A stretch of 63,604 nucleotides of DNA, counting the filler, from Phoronis australis (Eukaryota; Animalia; Phoronida): NCBI GenBank assembly GCA_002633005.1. It is 8 parts of 8 records of this genome, joined end to end, with 100 filler letters (N's around TTAATTAATTAA, not from the genome) between each part and the next. Parts side by side here need not be neighbours in the genome. Positions count along the whole stretch, not along the records: positions 25,644 to 39,459 come from NMRA01000336.1; positions 39,560 to 49,583 come from NMRA01000889.1; positions 49,684 to 52,837 come from NMRA01003185.1; 5 more parts are not named here. One strand, 5' to 3'. Under the pieces are notes generated by a model. That model did not search any database, was not told the DNA's origin, and saw only the letters and a program-made list of their open reading frames with translations. Shown piece by piece: positions 36,216 to 50,286 of the stretch; positions within the stretch are counted from its first letter, which is position 1; each line of letters opens with the position of its first letter. The translations under genes were made by a program, and so were the position numbers.

Positions 36216-39200
36216 GTAAGATAACTTTTTATTTTTGTAGCCAAACGGGGAAATTTCCATGCATCCTGGTACGCTTCTGGCACTTAATATGTCCCTGGAG
36301 CCCTTCTCGATTGCGTCATATGAACTTGGCTCATAAGTTTCGTGAAACCATATTTGTGCACATCTGAGTATTTAAGTCACACCACCATCAAAATTTTTTA
36401 TTGGAACATCTGCTTACACACACCTTTTTAGCACACGAAAAAGTGTGATGGTTAGGAAACTGATGGACAATAACTGGTGATAGCCCAGGACATCAGTTCA
36501 CGCTCGCTAGTCATGAAGGACCCACTACCACCACCTATTTGCCGATATCTGCCATCAATACCTTGCATGCCCAAGTCATTGTACCTAACCTGCGACCCGG
36601 CGTTTACTGAGCACCTGTTCAAGAGTGTGTGCATTGTGGGTACCCGCCTGATGCAGGTGAGCGGCGGCATGTTGTTACTCCGCGTCTGTCATGGCCAACT
36701 GTGGTGGGAAGAGTTCCTCGGCAATGTCTTGCTTGACCTTTACAGCTCAGAACAAACCCTAGTCTTCCCCTAGGATAGGTATAACTTACCATTCTTGCGG
36801 TGTTGATGATGGCTAATGGTAAAAGGTAAAAAGTCTTGGAATGCTTGACACTTTTAAATTATTATTTTGACTTTTCTGCCTTTAAACTGGTACACACTCA
36901 TGAAGTTGCTTTCCTTTAGTTGACATTTTTTGTGATTTAAATTTCTTTTCTCTCATAATATTCTCTTAGTTTAATCGTTCAATCTGCTCTTGCTGCTTAG
37001 TTTATTTGTGTACACTCTGTTGTTTCTTTTGTAGAGTTTTCATGCGGCTGTAGGTCAAAGGTCACTTGTGAGCAACGGAGGATCTGCAATGATCGAGAGC
37101 TTGATGTCACACATGACCAGTTTGCTCACCCCCCTTCAGAATAACCAGCACAGTTATTACTGGCAGAATGGTATGTGTGAACATTACTTTGGTGTGGTTA
37201 CGCCTAGTTGTCAAGTTAAATGTAGTAAGCCAGTGAGCGGTTTTTGGTAGACACCTACTATGCTCAAAAAGAATTGAAAATTTGATGTTCAATTGACTTG
37301 AAGCCAATATGTTAGGTCAAACAGAGCTAAAAAATTTTGTAAAATGGACATCATGGATATCAATCTGACAGAAAAAACTCCCAGTGTGGGGCCAAAATTC
37401 CAGTTGAGTGTATAATTATATCAAAATCAAATTCCCTTATTGGTACTTAGTGTGTTCGCATCAACGGTCTTAGCTGGCTGTATTTCGCTTCTTTAAACCT
37501 TTAATAATAACAGTGACGAATGAAAGCATTTGTCATCTTATGCTCATGTCATTAAAATTAGTTAGTAGTGACTTGAATTCCACCCAATGAACAAAGGGAA
37601 TTTATATTATATTGTTAAGTATCAGTCCACGAATCCACCGACCCCAATACAGCCAACAAGCGGCAAGGTGGGGGGTCAGCCATTCAGATCCATGTTTAGT
37701 ATGATAAATCACATTAGGGATGAGAGAAATTGGGTGAAGTAATATGACACCACAAAGTTTGGTGGTTTAGGAGATAAAAGGGAAGTGTTCTTGGGGGCAA
37801 AATGAGGCAATTTCTTGGTGTGGAATGAGTCATTTTGACCAAATTTTCTACTCCAGTTTCTGCTTCAAACAGAATCGTTTCTGAACAATTTTGATATCAC
37901 ATGATAGGTTCATGACCAATGTCAGTAAAAACGGCACCGACACTGCAATATCGGTTACCATGGTAACACTGGAACAGTTTCCGTGGAGGTACATTTCCTT
38001 CTTGTGAAAAACCAGCAGTAAGTTGTACCCTTATAGCGAAGCTGCCCCCGCGAGAAAACTAAAAATAATAACATGGACATGTAGAAGACTCCATGCCCTT
38101 GAAATTAATACAATAAAAACTTTGTCAGCCCTTCAGGCAGGCTTGGTAATAGGTGTCTGAATTTCACTATTTTCAGACCGCGTATGTGTATTTGTCATGT
38201 TAAACCAGTCACTAGTTGTGCGTCGTTTCTACGCATTAATATGCCGTGGTATAACACAACAATTAAAAGAATTGGTTTGCTTAAATGTTTTTTATTAATT
38301 TTAAGGACACTAGCATTTCACACTAAATTATGAAATTATACTAAATTTGTTCATCCAACTTGTCTGAATACCAAACTAAAGCTTACAATGCGTTAGTTGA
38401 ATGATGGCTGACCTAAAGTGCGGGTTTCCGGATTTATCTATTTATCTGGCACTGCCAGTCGCATTGAATGTGGTATTTCTACAAATTGCGGGAGAGAAAC
38501 AACTAATTGGAAACTCTTGGGAAATGCACAAGGTATAGAGCGAGACATTTGAGCACCTCATAAGAGTACGTGGAGCTGATGTGGAGGTGGAACGTGTCCT
38601 CCTGAGAAGTAGTCTGTCTCAGTGTCTGCCTCGGAGGCAGGTGTGCAGCGTGAGCTACATAATCTACCGTATTAGATTCACTTGCCCGAATCATCGTTAC
38701 AACACTCGAGATATATTGCTGTCGCCAAAGACACTGAGAACATCCACTGCACACTAGAGGAGAAATCTGATAGAGCCTGATAGAGGTCTGAAAAATGACC
38801 GAAGACGTTAAGTCAAGGTTCAACATCTTGCTTCGTGTGAGCTCAGGTAGGAATCACTAAACTCCAGGGTCTGATCCTCAGGAATATTTTTAGAAGCACG
38901 TCATTCATGCAAAAATACTTTTATTGTCACACCGTGATTGATTATAACTTGGGCCTTATTGCTTAATTATATCTTATTCAAATGTGTTGATGTTTATGCA
39001 ACTACATGTATACATTGGCATAGAAAATAGTTAGTCATCATAACTTTTCATAACAACCACCAAATGTGTAACATGACTTCTGCCCATGAACTACTTTTAG
39101 AGACTAGAGAGTATGTTATGTCTGCCAATGAATTTCTGCGATTATGAAGTTAAACATGCTACAGCCGTCAAAAATATTGGCGCCTTCACTTTAGCTTGGT

Positions 39201-39347
39201 ATTCATATTTTCTGAGCCGAAATGGCCACAATAAATTTAATATGTTTAATTTTTTCATGGATACATTTTTAGGAATCAGGAAAGGCTTATACTGAAGAAG
39301 TGGCTTCTGCTGAAGTTGGAGACTTGCCGATTATTAGTAAAGGTTGG

Positions 39348-39459
39348 CAGGGGCGGATCTACGTTTTCAGTAAGGGGGGGGTTTAGGATTCCCGCAAAGG
39401 TCGAATCCGAGGCACGTGGCGCCGAGAGGGGGGGGGGTCGGGAGGGGGGGTTTCCCCCC
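39348..39459 (+). mobile_element. MITE terminus (CAGGGGCGGATCT..., hAT-like) running into a gap
   Basis: Near-identical to 36105-36200; begins CAGGGGCGGATC. Confidence 0.6.
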
Positions 39460-41437
39460 NNNNNNNNNNNNNNNNNNNNNNNNNNNNNNNNNNNNNNNNN
39501 NNNTTAATTAATTAANNNNNNNNNNNNNNNNNNNNNNNNNNNNNNNNNNNNNNNNNNNNCTGTACTTAAAAGTGGCGGTATTTAATTGCACTAGTACAAG
39601 TTGTTCTACGGGTACTTTATGGAACAATAAGCCCTCTCTTTCTGTCAAAAAAAGTGTTGGTTGAGGCCAATTGCTGTTATAAAATCATGCTCCTGTTGTT
39701 CGTTACTAATATAAGAAATGACTTCTGGGCTTGCTAAAAACTGACTAGTTGTCATCGCGTCAGACCAGGCCACCGAATAGTGCTGATCACCTCCCCCTCT
39801 CCGCCAGTTAGTTTCTCCGAGTCACCGATGAAGCATGACAATCTTGAGAGTTCCAGGCGATTCATTATAATCAATTTAGATTCGAATAAAGGAGAAGAAT
39901 GTAGACTTACTGAAAATGCTAATGTCTGTGTTTGCACTCATCTCACAAGTTTAGCCCCTAAAATATTTGCAATTTACCTTTTTGAGCAAACAATCAGTTT
40001 TTGAGTGGCTACTTGCCATTTTTTTTGAAGGGGTATAAAATGTTTCTGTTGGCTCATGCTCATTCCAATATTTCATTGTGTAAGTGCAGAAATGATTATA
40101 GATGCTATGTCTCATTAAAACCATGAATATTCAAGTATGTATCAAGCACCACCTAGTGACTTGCTGGAGATCTGCGTGTACAAGTATGATCAGGAAAGAA
40201 AGAAATTGTAAAGAAACTGCGGTTTTAAAGAAAACCCCACAACTTGTATGCTTAAAAACAAGTGTTAACATATAATAAACCTAATAATTCCGAATAGTAT
40301 GCAATCTATATTTGATAGTGAAATAAACAAATAAAATCTGTGCCTTGTTTCATTAGGGTAACGATGTAATATTTCCACACTCATTTACATAAAAACAGTC
40401 TCGCAAAAGGAGACTTTCACGAGATGGTAACTGGTTCTCTGATGGTTTCCGGCACACCGCAAGACCCGGGGTTGTTTGTAAACTAGTACTTCATTTGCAT
40501 ATTCACATTTTAATGAGAGGTATCGTCTAAAAGGGCCTTTCATACTAATGTCGACACGTCAATATTTTGGGGAGTTGCGGTCACTGAAAGCTTAACTGCG
40601 GTCCTGGATGGAAGTTAACAGTGCCAGTTAACTTTGCACTAAACGGGTGGATTTAAGAGCGGAGCATCGACACTGCGGTGCAGTATTAACGATCAACTTC
40701 GGTCCTATCGAAGTTATCACCAGGTGCCACTGTTATTGTCAACAATTGCAGGGTGATGCCATCGCTAATAGTTGCTTATATTTTGCTCTAATAATCACGA
40801 ATCGATATAAAAATAAGTTTTGTGTCAATTAGCAAATATAAATGTTCCCAAATTGTCACATAGAAAAAAATCTTAGCGTGCAGCGGTACCTTGCGATAAC
40901 TTTGATGACAACAGCATCACCTACAGTTTACTTCGATGTTCATTAAGTATCGAAGCCAGTATGAACGGTCCAGTGTCTTCCCCAAACTTCTCATCAATTT
41001 TCATTTATACGCCCATGTTTGGCTTAATGCACACCACACAATTTTTAAATTTGTCAATTTATAGTTAAGCAACCTGGACATACCCGAAGAGTATGTTATT
41101 TGTTATTACTTAGTAGATTGTAAATTGTCACCAGTCTAGGACTGTTGTAGGTTTGCGAACACCTCGCACAATTTCAGATCCCAAAAGCAGTAATTTTTGT
41201 TTGTAACTACCCATTGTTTTTTCTCAGTCAACGTTGTTTGGCTATCACTCATGAAGAAGCTCACAGAGCATTCCGGTTAGTCATCAAATTGGTAGTTGGG
41301 TACGTGCTACCATGTTCACCTGTATGCCCTCCGCTTTGTGTTTTAGTTTCAAAGTAGCATGGACAAGTATCTGTATTGAACATGATGCGAATGTTGTTTT
41401 CATTTCCGTCCTTTATACCCTGTTGGTGTTCACAGAA

Positions 41438-41683
41438 TATGGTAAAATCTCACCAATTTAGGACACAATATGGAGGACACGTGAAACTTTATTTTTTCAT
41501 CAAAGACGAGTCGCATCAAGAAATGCCACTGTAATCAATCTCAACTTGTGTGTTCCATAACTACCCTCGGTCAATGTGTTGAGGATGTGCAAGCATTCAC
41601 AACAATGTTTAGAAGCCTTTGAAAAACAAAAAAGACGAATTTTGCTAATTTTTTCTGTCTGAAATTGGCTACATTTTATTGTT
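41438..41683. mobile_element. Tc1/mariner(pogo)-like MITE
   Basis: TA+TGGTAAAATCTCACCAATTTAGGACA...TGTCTGAAATTGGCTACATTTTA inverted ends; homologous to 22097-22301. Confidence 0.6.
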
Positions 41684-44484
41684 CGGAGTTAATTTCTCAG
41701 GCCATCGCCATAATCGATCTTCTTATGGTGAATTATTTGCATCAAAAGGTACATCAATCTTAGTTACTAGTATCTGCAAGTGGAAAATGATAAGATTTAA
41801 AAATCCTAGTTCAAATTGAGCCGTGCCTCCTGTATGATAGATGAATGAGTCTTGCTGCTTACATGCTTCGACTCCCTTGATCCAGTGTAATGACCAGTAC
41901 GCTCCTTTGATCCACAACAATTTCAATCATCTACACGCTTGGCAACATTTAACCTAATAAGGCCATAGATAATGCATTTTTTATGCTCTACGTGTTATTA
42001 ACTATCTTACCCGGTCACGTCCATATGTAAAGACAAAATTAATTTCCATTTTAATAGCTATCTGTCGCGAGCACTTTGAAAAATATTGGCACTGTCTTGT
42101 TGTCGGGAATGAGTTGATACACACAGAAGATGACCAATCCGATTATTTTTTCTTTTTGTTCTTGGAATATGGAAGTTACAATAAGTTATAATTTGATGAA
42201 ACAGAATCACTGTTTTGATGAGTGAATTTGGAAATTGTTTTCATTGAATGGCGATGCTAACTTGGATTGAGCCACAGTTGTCAGTAGTGAAATATAAGCC
42301 ATCAATTGGCAAAAACATGCAATTAAATGATGCTACCACCATGTTTACGTAAAGAGTGCCACCTGCAGAGAAACAATGAAAAATGGTTGTTTTTGTAAAA
42401 AGGAAATGTCAGCCTTTGTATTGCATTCAGTGATGGGGTGACTCATTCATATTAAGTAGACACGGTAAAATCTCTCCAATATCCGGACAGACTGTGGCAT
42501 ATTTTCAGAACAGATGAGTTGTGGGAAACAAGGTGTTGAGAAATTGGCGGCATTCACAACAATCTTGATTAATTTAAGTCACCCGCCTTCGTAGAAATGT
42601 GATCTGTTAGGAAAGTAGTTTAAAATATTAATGTATTATGAGCTACAAATGAATGCTTGAAGCATTTTATTGAGGAATCCATCTTTAAACTGAGCAGAAG
42701 GATTGAGATTCTTCCTTACATGGCATAGCTGATGCTTTCCAGCTGTGTGCCACCATGCACCACGAGGTGGCGCTAAATATAGCTTTCAATTAAAATTGGT
42801 CTTTTCCACTAGTTAACGGCCCTTACCATTGTTGTAAATGTTCAAAATTGTTCCAAGCATTGACTATTGGTTGCTATAACATACAAGTAAGAAGGATGAA
42901 GCATCTCTCTGCAGTGCTACTTATCAAGAAACAAGCCAGGTTTCATTTTTTGCTGTAGTTTGCCTTAAAGTGGCGACTTCCATAAAATCTCATCAGAACA
43001 CAAGATGGCAAGTGAAATTTCATTTTCTTATTTTTTCATAAAAGACATATAGCACCAAATGTACATTTTCCATGTTCAACCTCAGTGTTGCAGCTACCAC
43101 AAGACAAAATTTTGAAAATATTTGAGCATACGCAAAAATATAAAAAACCTTTGAAAAATGAAACGGGGAAATTTTGATAATGGGAGACTTTCAGGAAGTA
43201 ATGGGGGTTAATCATGTGGGATTGGTGACTCATATCGCCACCTAGCTGAACGAGAAGTTACTTTGTCTTCGCAGCAGATGGCATGGGGGAACAATTTGAC
43301 TTTGTGAAAAGACCTTTTTACATTGTATGTGATTACGCGGAATGTGTTTAGAACAAAAAGTTATAAAATGCCTCTTCATCCTCTAAAGGCCACTGGTAGT
43401 ATCCGGTCCCACCTGACAGTTGTCAAGTTGCTACTTGAAAGTCTCCCATTACTTTGTCTGAAATTGGTAAGATTTTACAATTCAGTAAGTATAATAAGGT
43501 TTTTACTGAAGACAGTACCTTCTGTTGAAACCAACATCTGATTTAGTGCACTTACCTTTGCTACAACAGTCTGGCCTTGTTCCTTACTCAGATTAGAAAG
43601 GATTTCTAGGCTTCAGAACAACTGGCAAATCAGTTTTGCTTCACACCACGCCTGTTGAGTTGTTTGTCATGGCAAGCTAGTTTCAGTCTAATTTAGTCTC
43701 AGCTGCCAAGGCTGTATGCCTTAGATAAATATGCCCAATTTGAAAACCAATTGGATGTATGTAGCCAGCCAGCATATCTCAGCTTTATCCAATTTTGTTT
43801 TATGAAAATGGAAGCAGTATCTGATGAACAGAATGGAAACGCCCTCTGGATTTGGTAGGGTCATGTTACAAACCAACTACCGTGCTGGCTGACTGTATTG
43901 AACTATTGTTTCTACCTATTTTTGTGTTTCCATGTAGTGTGTTCATAAAAAGCCTTTTCAGAAATTGTTTGTAAGGTTACAACTTGTGTTAGCTTTGAAC
44001 CTGAGTCTTCCAGCGCACTGTCTAAAAAGTCATGGCTCACAATAGCACATTCTGCTACCAACCCAATTAGCAGAATCATTAGATGATCATTTTGCATAAC
44101 CTGTCTTATGACTTGACTCTTTCAGTATTTCACTAAGTGTGGCCATCAAAAGAACTCTGTCTTGTAACCAATGTGAAGTCAAGCAGAAGATAAGAAAGGA
44201 TGGTTTTGCTTTATTGAGAACAAACCTGACACCTATGGATGTTTTTGACGCCATTACGACTTTAAAGGAGAAAGCAACTATTTTCGAAGTTATCTTTACA
44301 AAAAATACTTATCTGCATAAATTGCTGTTCCCACGCCGTTTATTACCATCCAGGCAACAGTAGAAAGTGTTTTAAATTGCAGGCAGTCTGGTATACATTG
44401 TAGCAGACGGAAACCATTTTTGTGCTTTATCAGTATATAAAACCGAGCTGAGTTGCTAGAGAGGGGACTCAAGGGTCTAACAGA

Positions 44485-44556
44485 GTGCCCCATTGGGACT
44501 TGAACCCATGACCCTGAATAGGGGATGCAGACACTTGGCCACTAAGGCCACACTGC
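44485..44556 (-). mobile_element. tRNA-derived SINE head, degenerate
   Basis: Minus strand reads TGTGGCCTTAGTGGCCAAG (A box)...GGGTTCAAGTCCC (B box). No intact cloverleaf. Confidence 0.55.
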
Positions 44557-47500
44557 CTCCTCAGCTCAATGCTTAGTGGCATCAGCACTCACACCCTTCT
44601 AGCAAACAGGAAGACTGACAGACGGTCTGCAATGACAAATCAGACATTTTGTTTTCCTAGTGACACTCAATAAAGATTGAAAATGCTGACCTTCTGATGG
44701 ACCTTTTACTTTTCTGTTGTTGCATGGTATTGACAACAATGATTAACTTCAATTGGTAAATGTCTTAAGTTTCACAGATAACCAAGAATCTGTCTTTTTG
44801 CTGAAGATAACATCAATAGCGATGCTTTGTGTAGGACCTTTTTGACAGGAGTGGAGATTCAGCCGAATACAAAACTAAAGAATTTAACTCGAGAAAAAGT
44901 ATATATATTCCAAAAGCAGAATGCTTGCAGAATTTGATTTTTGACTTTACACCGATCTGCTTTTGATAGGGTCACATGACCATGTCATTTTTTATAATAT
45001 TAGCAGTCATAACTAAACAATAGTGTCAATAACGTGACCAAGTTTCTTTTGCTATCAAGGTTAAAACTGAACCTCAACATTGCTTATCTATGTAAGTTAT
45101 TTTGTTTTCATATTATACAACTTTTGAGCCTATTATTAAAAATCACAAACGTCACATTTTCGATAGCCCCCCTCATGCAACAGTGGATCAGCTTACAAAA
45201 TAATCCCTCGCTGAGTTTTGCAGACCTGTGTATAAAGCACTGATGTGTAACAGTTTCATGTGAGCCCCATCATCCATTTCTTGGACATATTTCTATGGTC
45301 CTGTGTAACCATATTCATATTTCCTATGCTGACAAATAACTCAGAGGGCATGCGCTCACAGCACTTAACACTTAAGTGTTCTTATCTGAGCACACTGTCA
45401 TCCATGTGCTGTGGCTGTGCTACAGAAACAGGTGAAGTTGTATTTAAAAAGGAAACAATTTTTAAAAATCGACAGCTCTTATTTAATTAAGTTAGTTATA
45501 AATCTAATTGGTACAGAATGAAAAGAAGACATTGAACTCTCCACTGTAACAGTTGTAAACCATCTGTCATCTGCTGTTCTCAAGGCAGGGCATTTCAGTA
45601 AGTGTTGGCAAGCTGCCAACATGGAGTGACATTTTTCTTCAAATACTTGACTTTTGAGTCTTAGTAATACAGCTAATGAGGTTCGTTTTCTTATGTGCTG
45701 CTTTATTCATAGCAGCCCATTTGTGTCCGCATTTCATTTTTAGGATTGTGCGGATTATACTGAATCTTGCCATCTTTTGTTGTCAATTCTGGTTATTTAT
45801 ACTGGGCTTGTTCTTGATAAAAAAGATACTAGATTAGTTGAGCTCAATAGACTTACACGGGGAATTTAAGGAATCGATTAATTACTGACTAGATCTTTGT
45901 ATAACCAGTTATCTTTTGCAGATTTACATCCACTGGTTTAGTTGTAGCACATCATTTTCTTGATAAGAGCTTACTGTTGATGTATGACCTTATCGGCAAA
46001 TATCTACTATAGATTTGAACTAAAAATGCGTAGTTTCCGAACACAAAGTCATTGTTCCTTTTTTGTTTTATGCATTTTTTAGTTTTTTTTTCTTAGAAAT
46101 CCTAGCTCTATTTTTAACGTACTTCTTTTATGTAAGATCTCGCAATAAGAAAGGTATGCCATGTTTGCAATAAAATAATCTAATCTTGTGTTATACAATG
46201 TTCAGAATGAGATTTCAAAAATGTGGATACTTTTTCTAAAACATTATTTCTAAAACATTGTAGAAGTCCAATTATGATAGCCCCTTGTGCAAAATTAAAT
46301 CAGTTTAAAAGCAAATTCTAAATTTTGGAAAACAGTGAATAAACCTGATGTCTGAAAGTTTCATTTAAAGCTGATAAGATACGGTGCTCTCAAGTTAGCT
46401 AAATTTGGACTTATTTCTCTGTTCCTACATAACATCATAACCATAAGTTTATGTCTTACTTTATCAACAAATATATGTACTTGGACAAATGTCTAAAAAA
46501 CTAGGTTGAACTCGGCCATTTCTGAAGTGTAACGATCTGAAGTTAAATGCCAAATTTGGGCAATTTCCGGGATTCTAGGTAACCCTAATAAGCTCTGGGA
46601 TTCCCAGAGCTATGCTTGTCAACAATTACTGGCCCTAAAAAATTATGTGCTTAACTCAATGACAGTACAGCGATACAAGCTCACTGACTAATGTCAGTGT
46701 ATAAGCATTCACTTATCATAACTACCCACTTATTTTGCAGAAAAGCAATTGCCAAATTGTCATTTATCTAGTTTCAAAGGCTAATTATCTTTCTGCAAAT
46801 GAATGGAACTTAACAACGTGTTATGATATTCCATAGTACAAACTGTGCTAGTATTAGACTAAAACTATAATCTTTATTTTCATTTTTGGGGTGAAATTTA
46901 ACAAAACAGATTTTCACTTCTCATCCATGTGCTTATAGTAGAGGTGGTACGATGGACTTTTTTAGGAAATTAAATTCAGTTTGTTTTATGTTACAGTTAA
47001 TTACGATTATTTTAAATTTGATTCTTGTTTGTAATTTTTTTTCTAAATTATGTAAATACTTGACTTACCATTTTCACCAGTTTTAGCAACACATTTGTTA
47101 AATGTGATAAGATTATATCTAATTAATAATCCTAAGCTGTTTATTTGTTCAATATCTCAATAATACCTTTCAAGAGATACACATAATTTGTAACTTTCGA
47201 CAGCGAAAATTGGAACTAAAAATCTAATTGAAATGTTCCTGAACATATTGATATCGAAATTGATCGCTCCCGCATTGCATCTCAGTTGTAATTTGATTAA
47301 TTGCCGTACCCTTGTTAATTAGAAGAAGAATTAGAAAACTTGTGGGTCTCCGACGCAGAAAAGTGGGACAAAACTGCCATCTTGCTGGTTGAAGGTCTAT
47401 AGTGTCGGTCTTACAAACCTCAGGCCTATTCCCACAGGTTATCGTCATGACGTCAAGGGAAGTCAGGGACATAAGTCCACCCTACTTCATGTCTCACAAA

Positions 47501-50286
47501 TGTCGTATTACTATAGGTCCATATGCTTATATTAAATTAACATCAAAAATTTTGTACAACTATAGTATTTTGCATACAGGTGCATGTAATTTTGTTATCC
47601 TTTGTTGTTGTGCGTTTGTTTACGTATTGCCATTTCATTCATGCCTTCATTCATTCATTCATTGCTGCTTTTCAAGTGTTTTGATTATCTAAATGTGAAC
47701 CAGTGACATCTTAAAAGACTTTAGCGTGCTGAGATCGTAATCTCCAATCTCCAGCTCAAGGGTCTGCTACTCGAAATCCCTTAGTAGTTAGGTTTTCAAG
47801 TCGAGCCAAAAATACTTTCAGTGTGACGTTTTGACTCTCTCAACAGGAACGAGCACTCAATCGAGTTGAAAATGTGAGTTAAAATGAGAGTTTGAGCCAG
47901 TTTTGTTTTTCAGTTTTGATCTCAGCAAAAAGTGAGAGCAATCAGTCACATTTAAGTTTATTTGATGACTTATAGTTTAAACTGTAAGACTTGTAAATTT
48001 GCCGTGTTAGAAAGTTGTTCTTATAGCAATGACAGATGAGATCACACAATGCTAATAAAAGTCATTAGAATTCACCTTACCTCGCACTTTTGACAGTTTC
48101 TTCTGCAATCTTCTAGTCTTGCTGAAATTGAGTAAAACCACTATTAATACGACCTGGTATTATTTTAGTCTTGATGTTCCAGATGGTACTCTCTTTTATA
48201 CTTACTGCTTGGTTGTGACCTGAGAATCCATAGCTTCACAAGCCAGTGTCCTCAAAAAAGGCAAATAACGTTATTCGTTATTTATGTTATTTAGGTATAA
48301 GCTTAATGGCAAATCGGCTCATGTTCTCACAGCATGCAAATTTATCATCACTGCTCCAGTCAATTAACTTGTCAATTCAAAAGTACACCAGTCTGATATA
48401 GGTGATTACCGCTAAGTAATAGGGCATTGTTTCTCATTTACCCCTCACAGGATTAATTAGAGGCCTGTTTGGATGTGCACTGATGATCAAAGTCTTCCTT
48501 CTTGTGTGCTAATTGTTTTACATCATTTATCCACGATCTTGTGGAATGGCTTGTATCTGTCTTAAACACCAAAGATAATATTAAAAGCACCGCTACATGT
48601 AAATGAGAGACCCTCAATAGTGCATAGTTGGCACATCTTTAAAAAATTTTGTGTTATCTCCCCTGTGTCTTAAAGCATCTATAAGCGACCTTCCATCACA
48701 AAAACCATATTGATTTGGTCTCAAATTATTCCTCAGTCAAACTGAAGGTGAATTTATTGCTTTTAAAGAATTGACAGTTTGTTTTTGCTCAAGACCAAGC
48801 TTTACAAGTTGGCTGGTCATGTCGTGTCATTTTATCCACCGAGTATGGGAATAACAAACTGTCATTTCTTTGCAAACTCAGAAATCGAGTAAAAAGTTGA
48901 CGCTGATTTTTTATAGCTGTGATTTAAGTCAAAAGCCTGCTTTTTGGGGTGGACCATGAGTTTTCAGTCACTTTAAGAGACCTTTTGCGAGATCGTAGGC
49001 AAGATTATTTTTTTGTCTCACTTCTTTTAGCGCCATTATATTAACCTGTTACTGCACAGCATAAATTCGCTTGAGATTTTTTGTACGACTTCATGGTGGT
49101 TTTCCACAAGACCCTTCACAAGGTTATGCATCAAAATAATGATCTAGTAGGACTTATTTGTTTGGTTTGTAAACCCATAAGGACAGATTCTAATTGATCT
49201 GTTAGTACAATAGTCTTGGTCTGATCAATTAAGGCAGTGTTGCTTTTTAGAGTTTGTTTGTAAGTTTATTGTGATGGTAATATACTATTAATGACTTCCA
49301 GATGATCGTACTTTGCAAATCAAATTTTTGTTTTTATTTCTGAAGTGTCTCTGTGGCTGGCACTTACGGAGGTGATAACCTTAATTGTGTTCAACTCGTT
49401 ATGCAAATGATGTGGAAGGTATGTCTACGTGATCTACCTCAGTTTTGTTTTGTTTGAAAAACAAGAAAGAAAAGTTAATTGCCCTGTCACACTTTTGCAT
49501 CTATGAAATCTTTATGAGTTCATCATCAAACTATTCTTATACGTACGCAGCAGTGCATTCAATATTTCAAACTTTTTCAATTANNNNNNNNNNNNNNNNN
49601 NNNNNNNNNNNNNNNNNNNNNNNNNNNTTAATTAATTAANNNNNNNNNNNNNNNNNNNNNNNNNNNNNNNNNNNNNNNNNNNNTGGGGGACTTTAGCCCC
49701 CCACCCCCGTATGGTAAATAAATCCACCTCGCTATAAACCCACCCCCATTTTTGGATCTCCCCAATTACAAACCGATGTACTTATACCTTATTAAATTGA
49801 TTATTTTATTTATTTTTGATGACTAACTGTAACTTTGTTAGTTTGTAGAAAAAATGCCTTCAATAACTTGGCTTTAGTTTTCTTGACCGTTTTCAACCAG
49901 TTTTGCTGTAACACTTTGACGAACGTTGAATCATGAATTAATGAGAAACTCAAAATATGGAAAACCATTTGAAAAAATAATTACCATCTGAAATAACAAC
50001 ATCTTTGTAATAAATATTTTATTGAAATATTTATTTTGTACTTGGTAGATTTATTTTTTATTTTATTCATAATTATTTTATACTTGGTAAATTTAATTAT
50101 AAAAATATTAAAATAATGTATTAATAAAATATTTCTAGAATAAAAACAAATATATTAATCTATTTATTTTATCTCTAAATAATAATGAATAGTTGGTTAA
50201 TGTATGGTATTTATTTTTTATAAATCTACTAGCCATTTAGAAAATCGTCTGGTAGATATAATGTACAAAAATTATTAAAACCCATA

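Larger units (their letters stand above)
27386..37135 (+). pseudogene. BIRC6: BIRC6 (Bruce/Apollon) internal fragment, 7 exons, disrupted
   Basis: Exons 27386-27562, 28355-28478 (VAHKCVKLLVLCIR), 30493-30747 (RWFFTLHNHVK...LHAVLRTR), 32035-32266 (GFYGNPCEPSLFD), 32672-32813 (GLLEVEPLHFVCHSTSDGTKIEK), 34619-35109 (TPKSTPLFMTPPVTPPNE), 37035-~37135. These motifs match BIRC6 as recalled. Lesions: TAG at 32210-32212; a 124-nt exon between two phase-2 junctions; a transposon at the donor after 32813. Confidence 0.85.

Noticed and set aside
38503-38850. Further BIRC6 exon or independent CDS
   Set aside because: No recognisable motif in any frame I translated, and no clear acceptor giving an open exon.
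44485-44556. Functional tRNA gene
   Set aside because: A and B boxes are present but no intact stems; treated as a SINE head.
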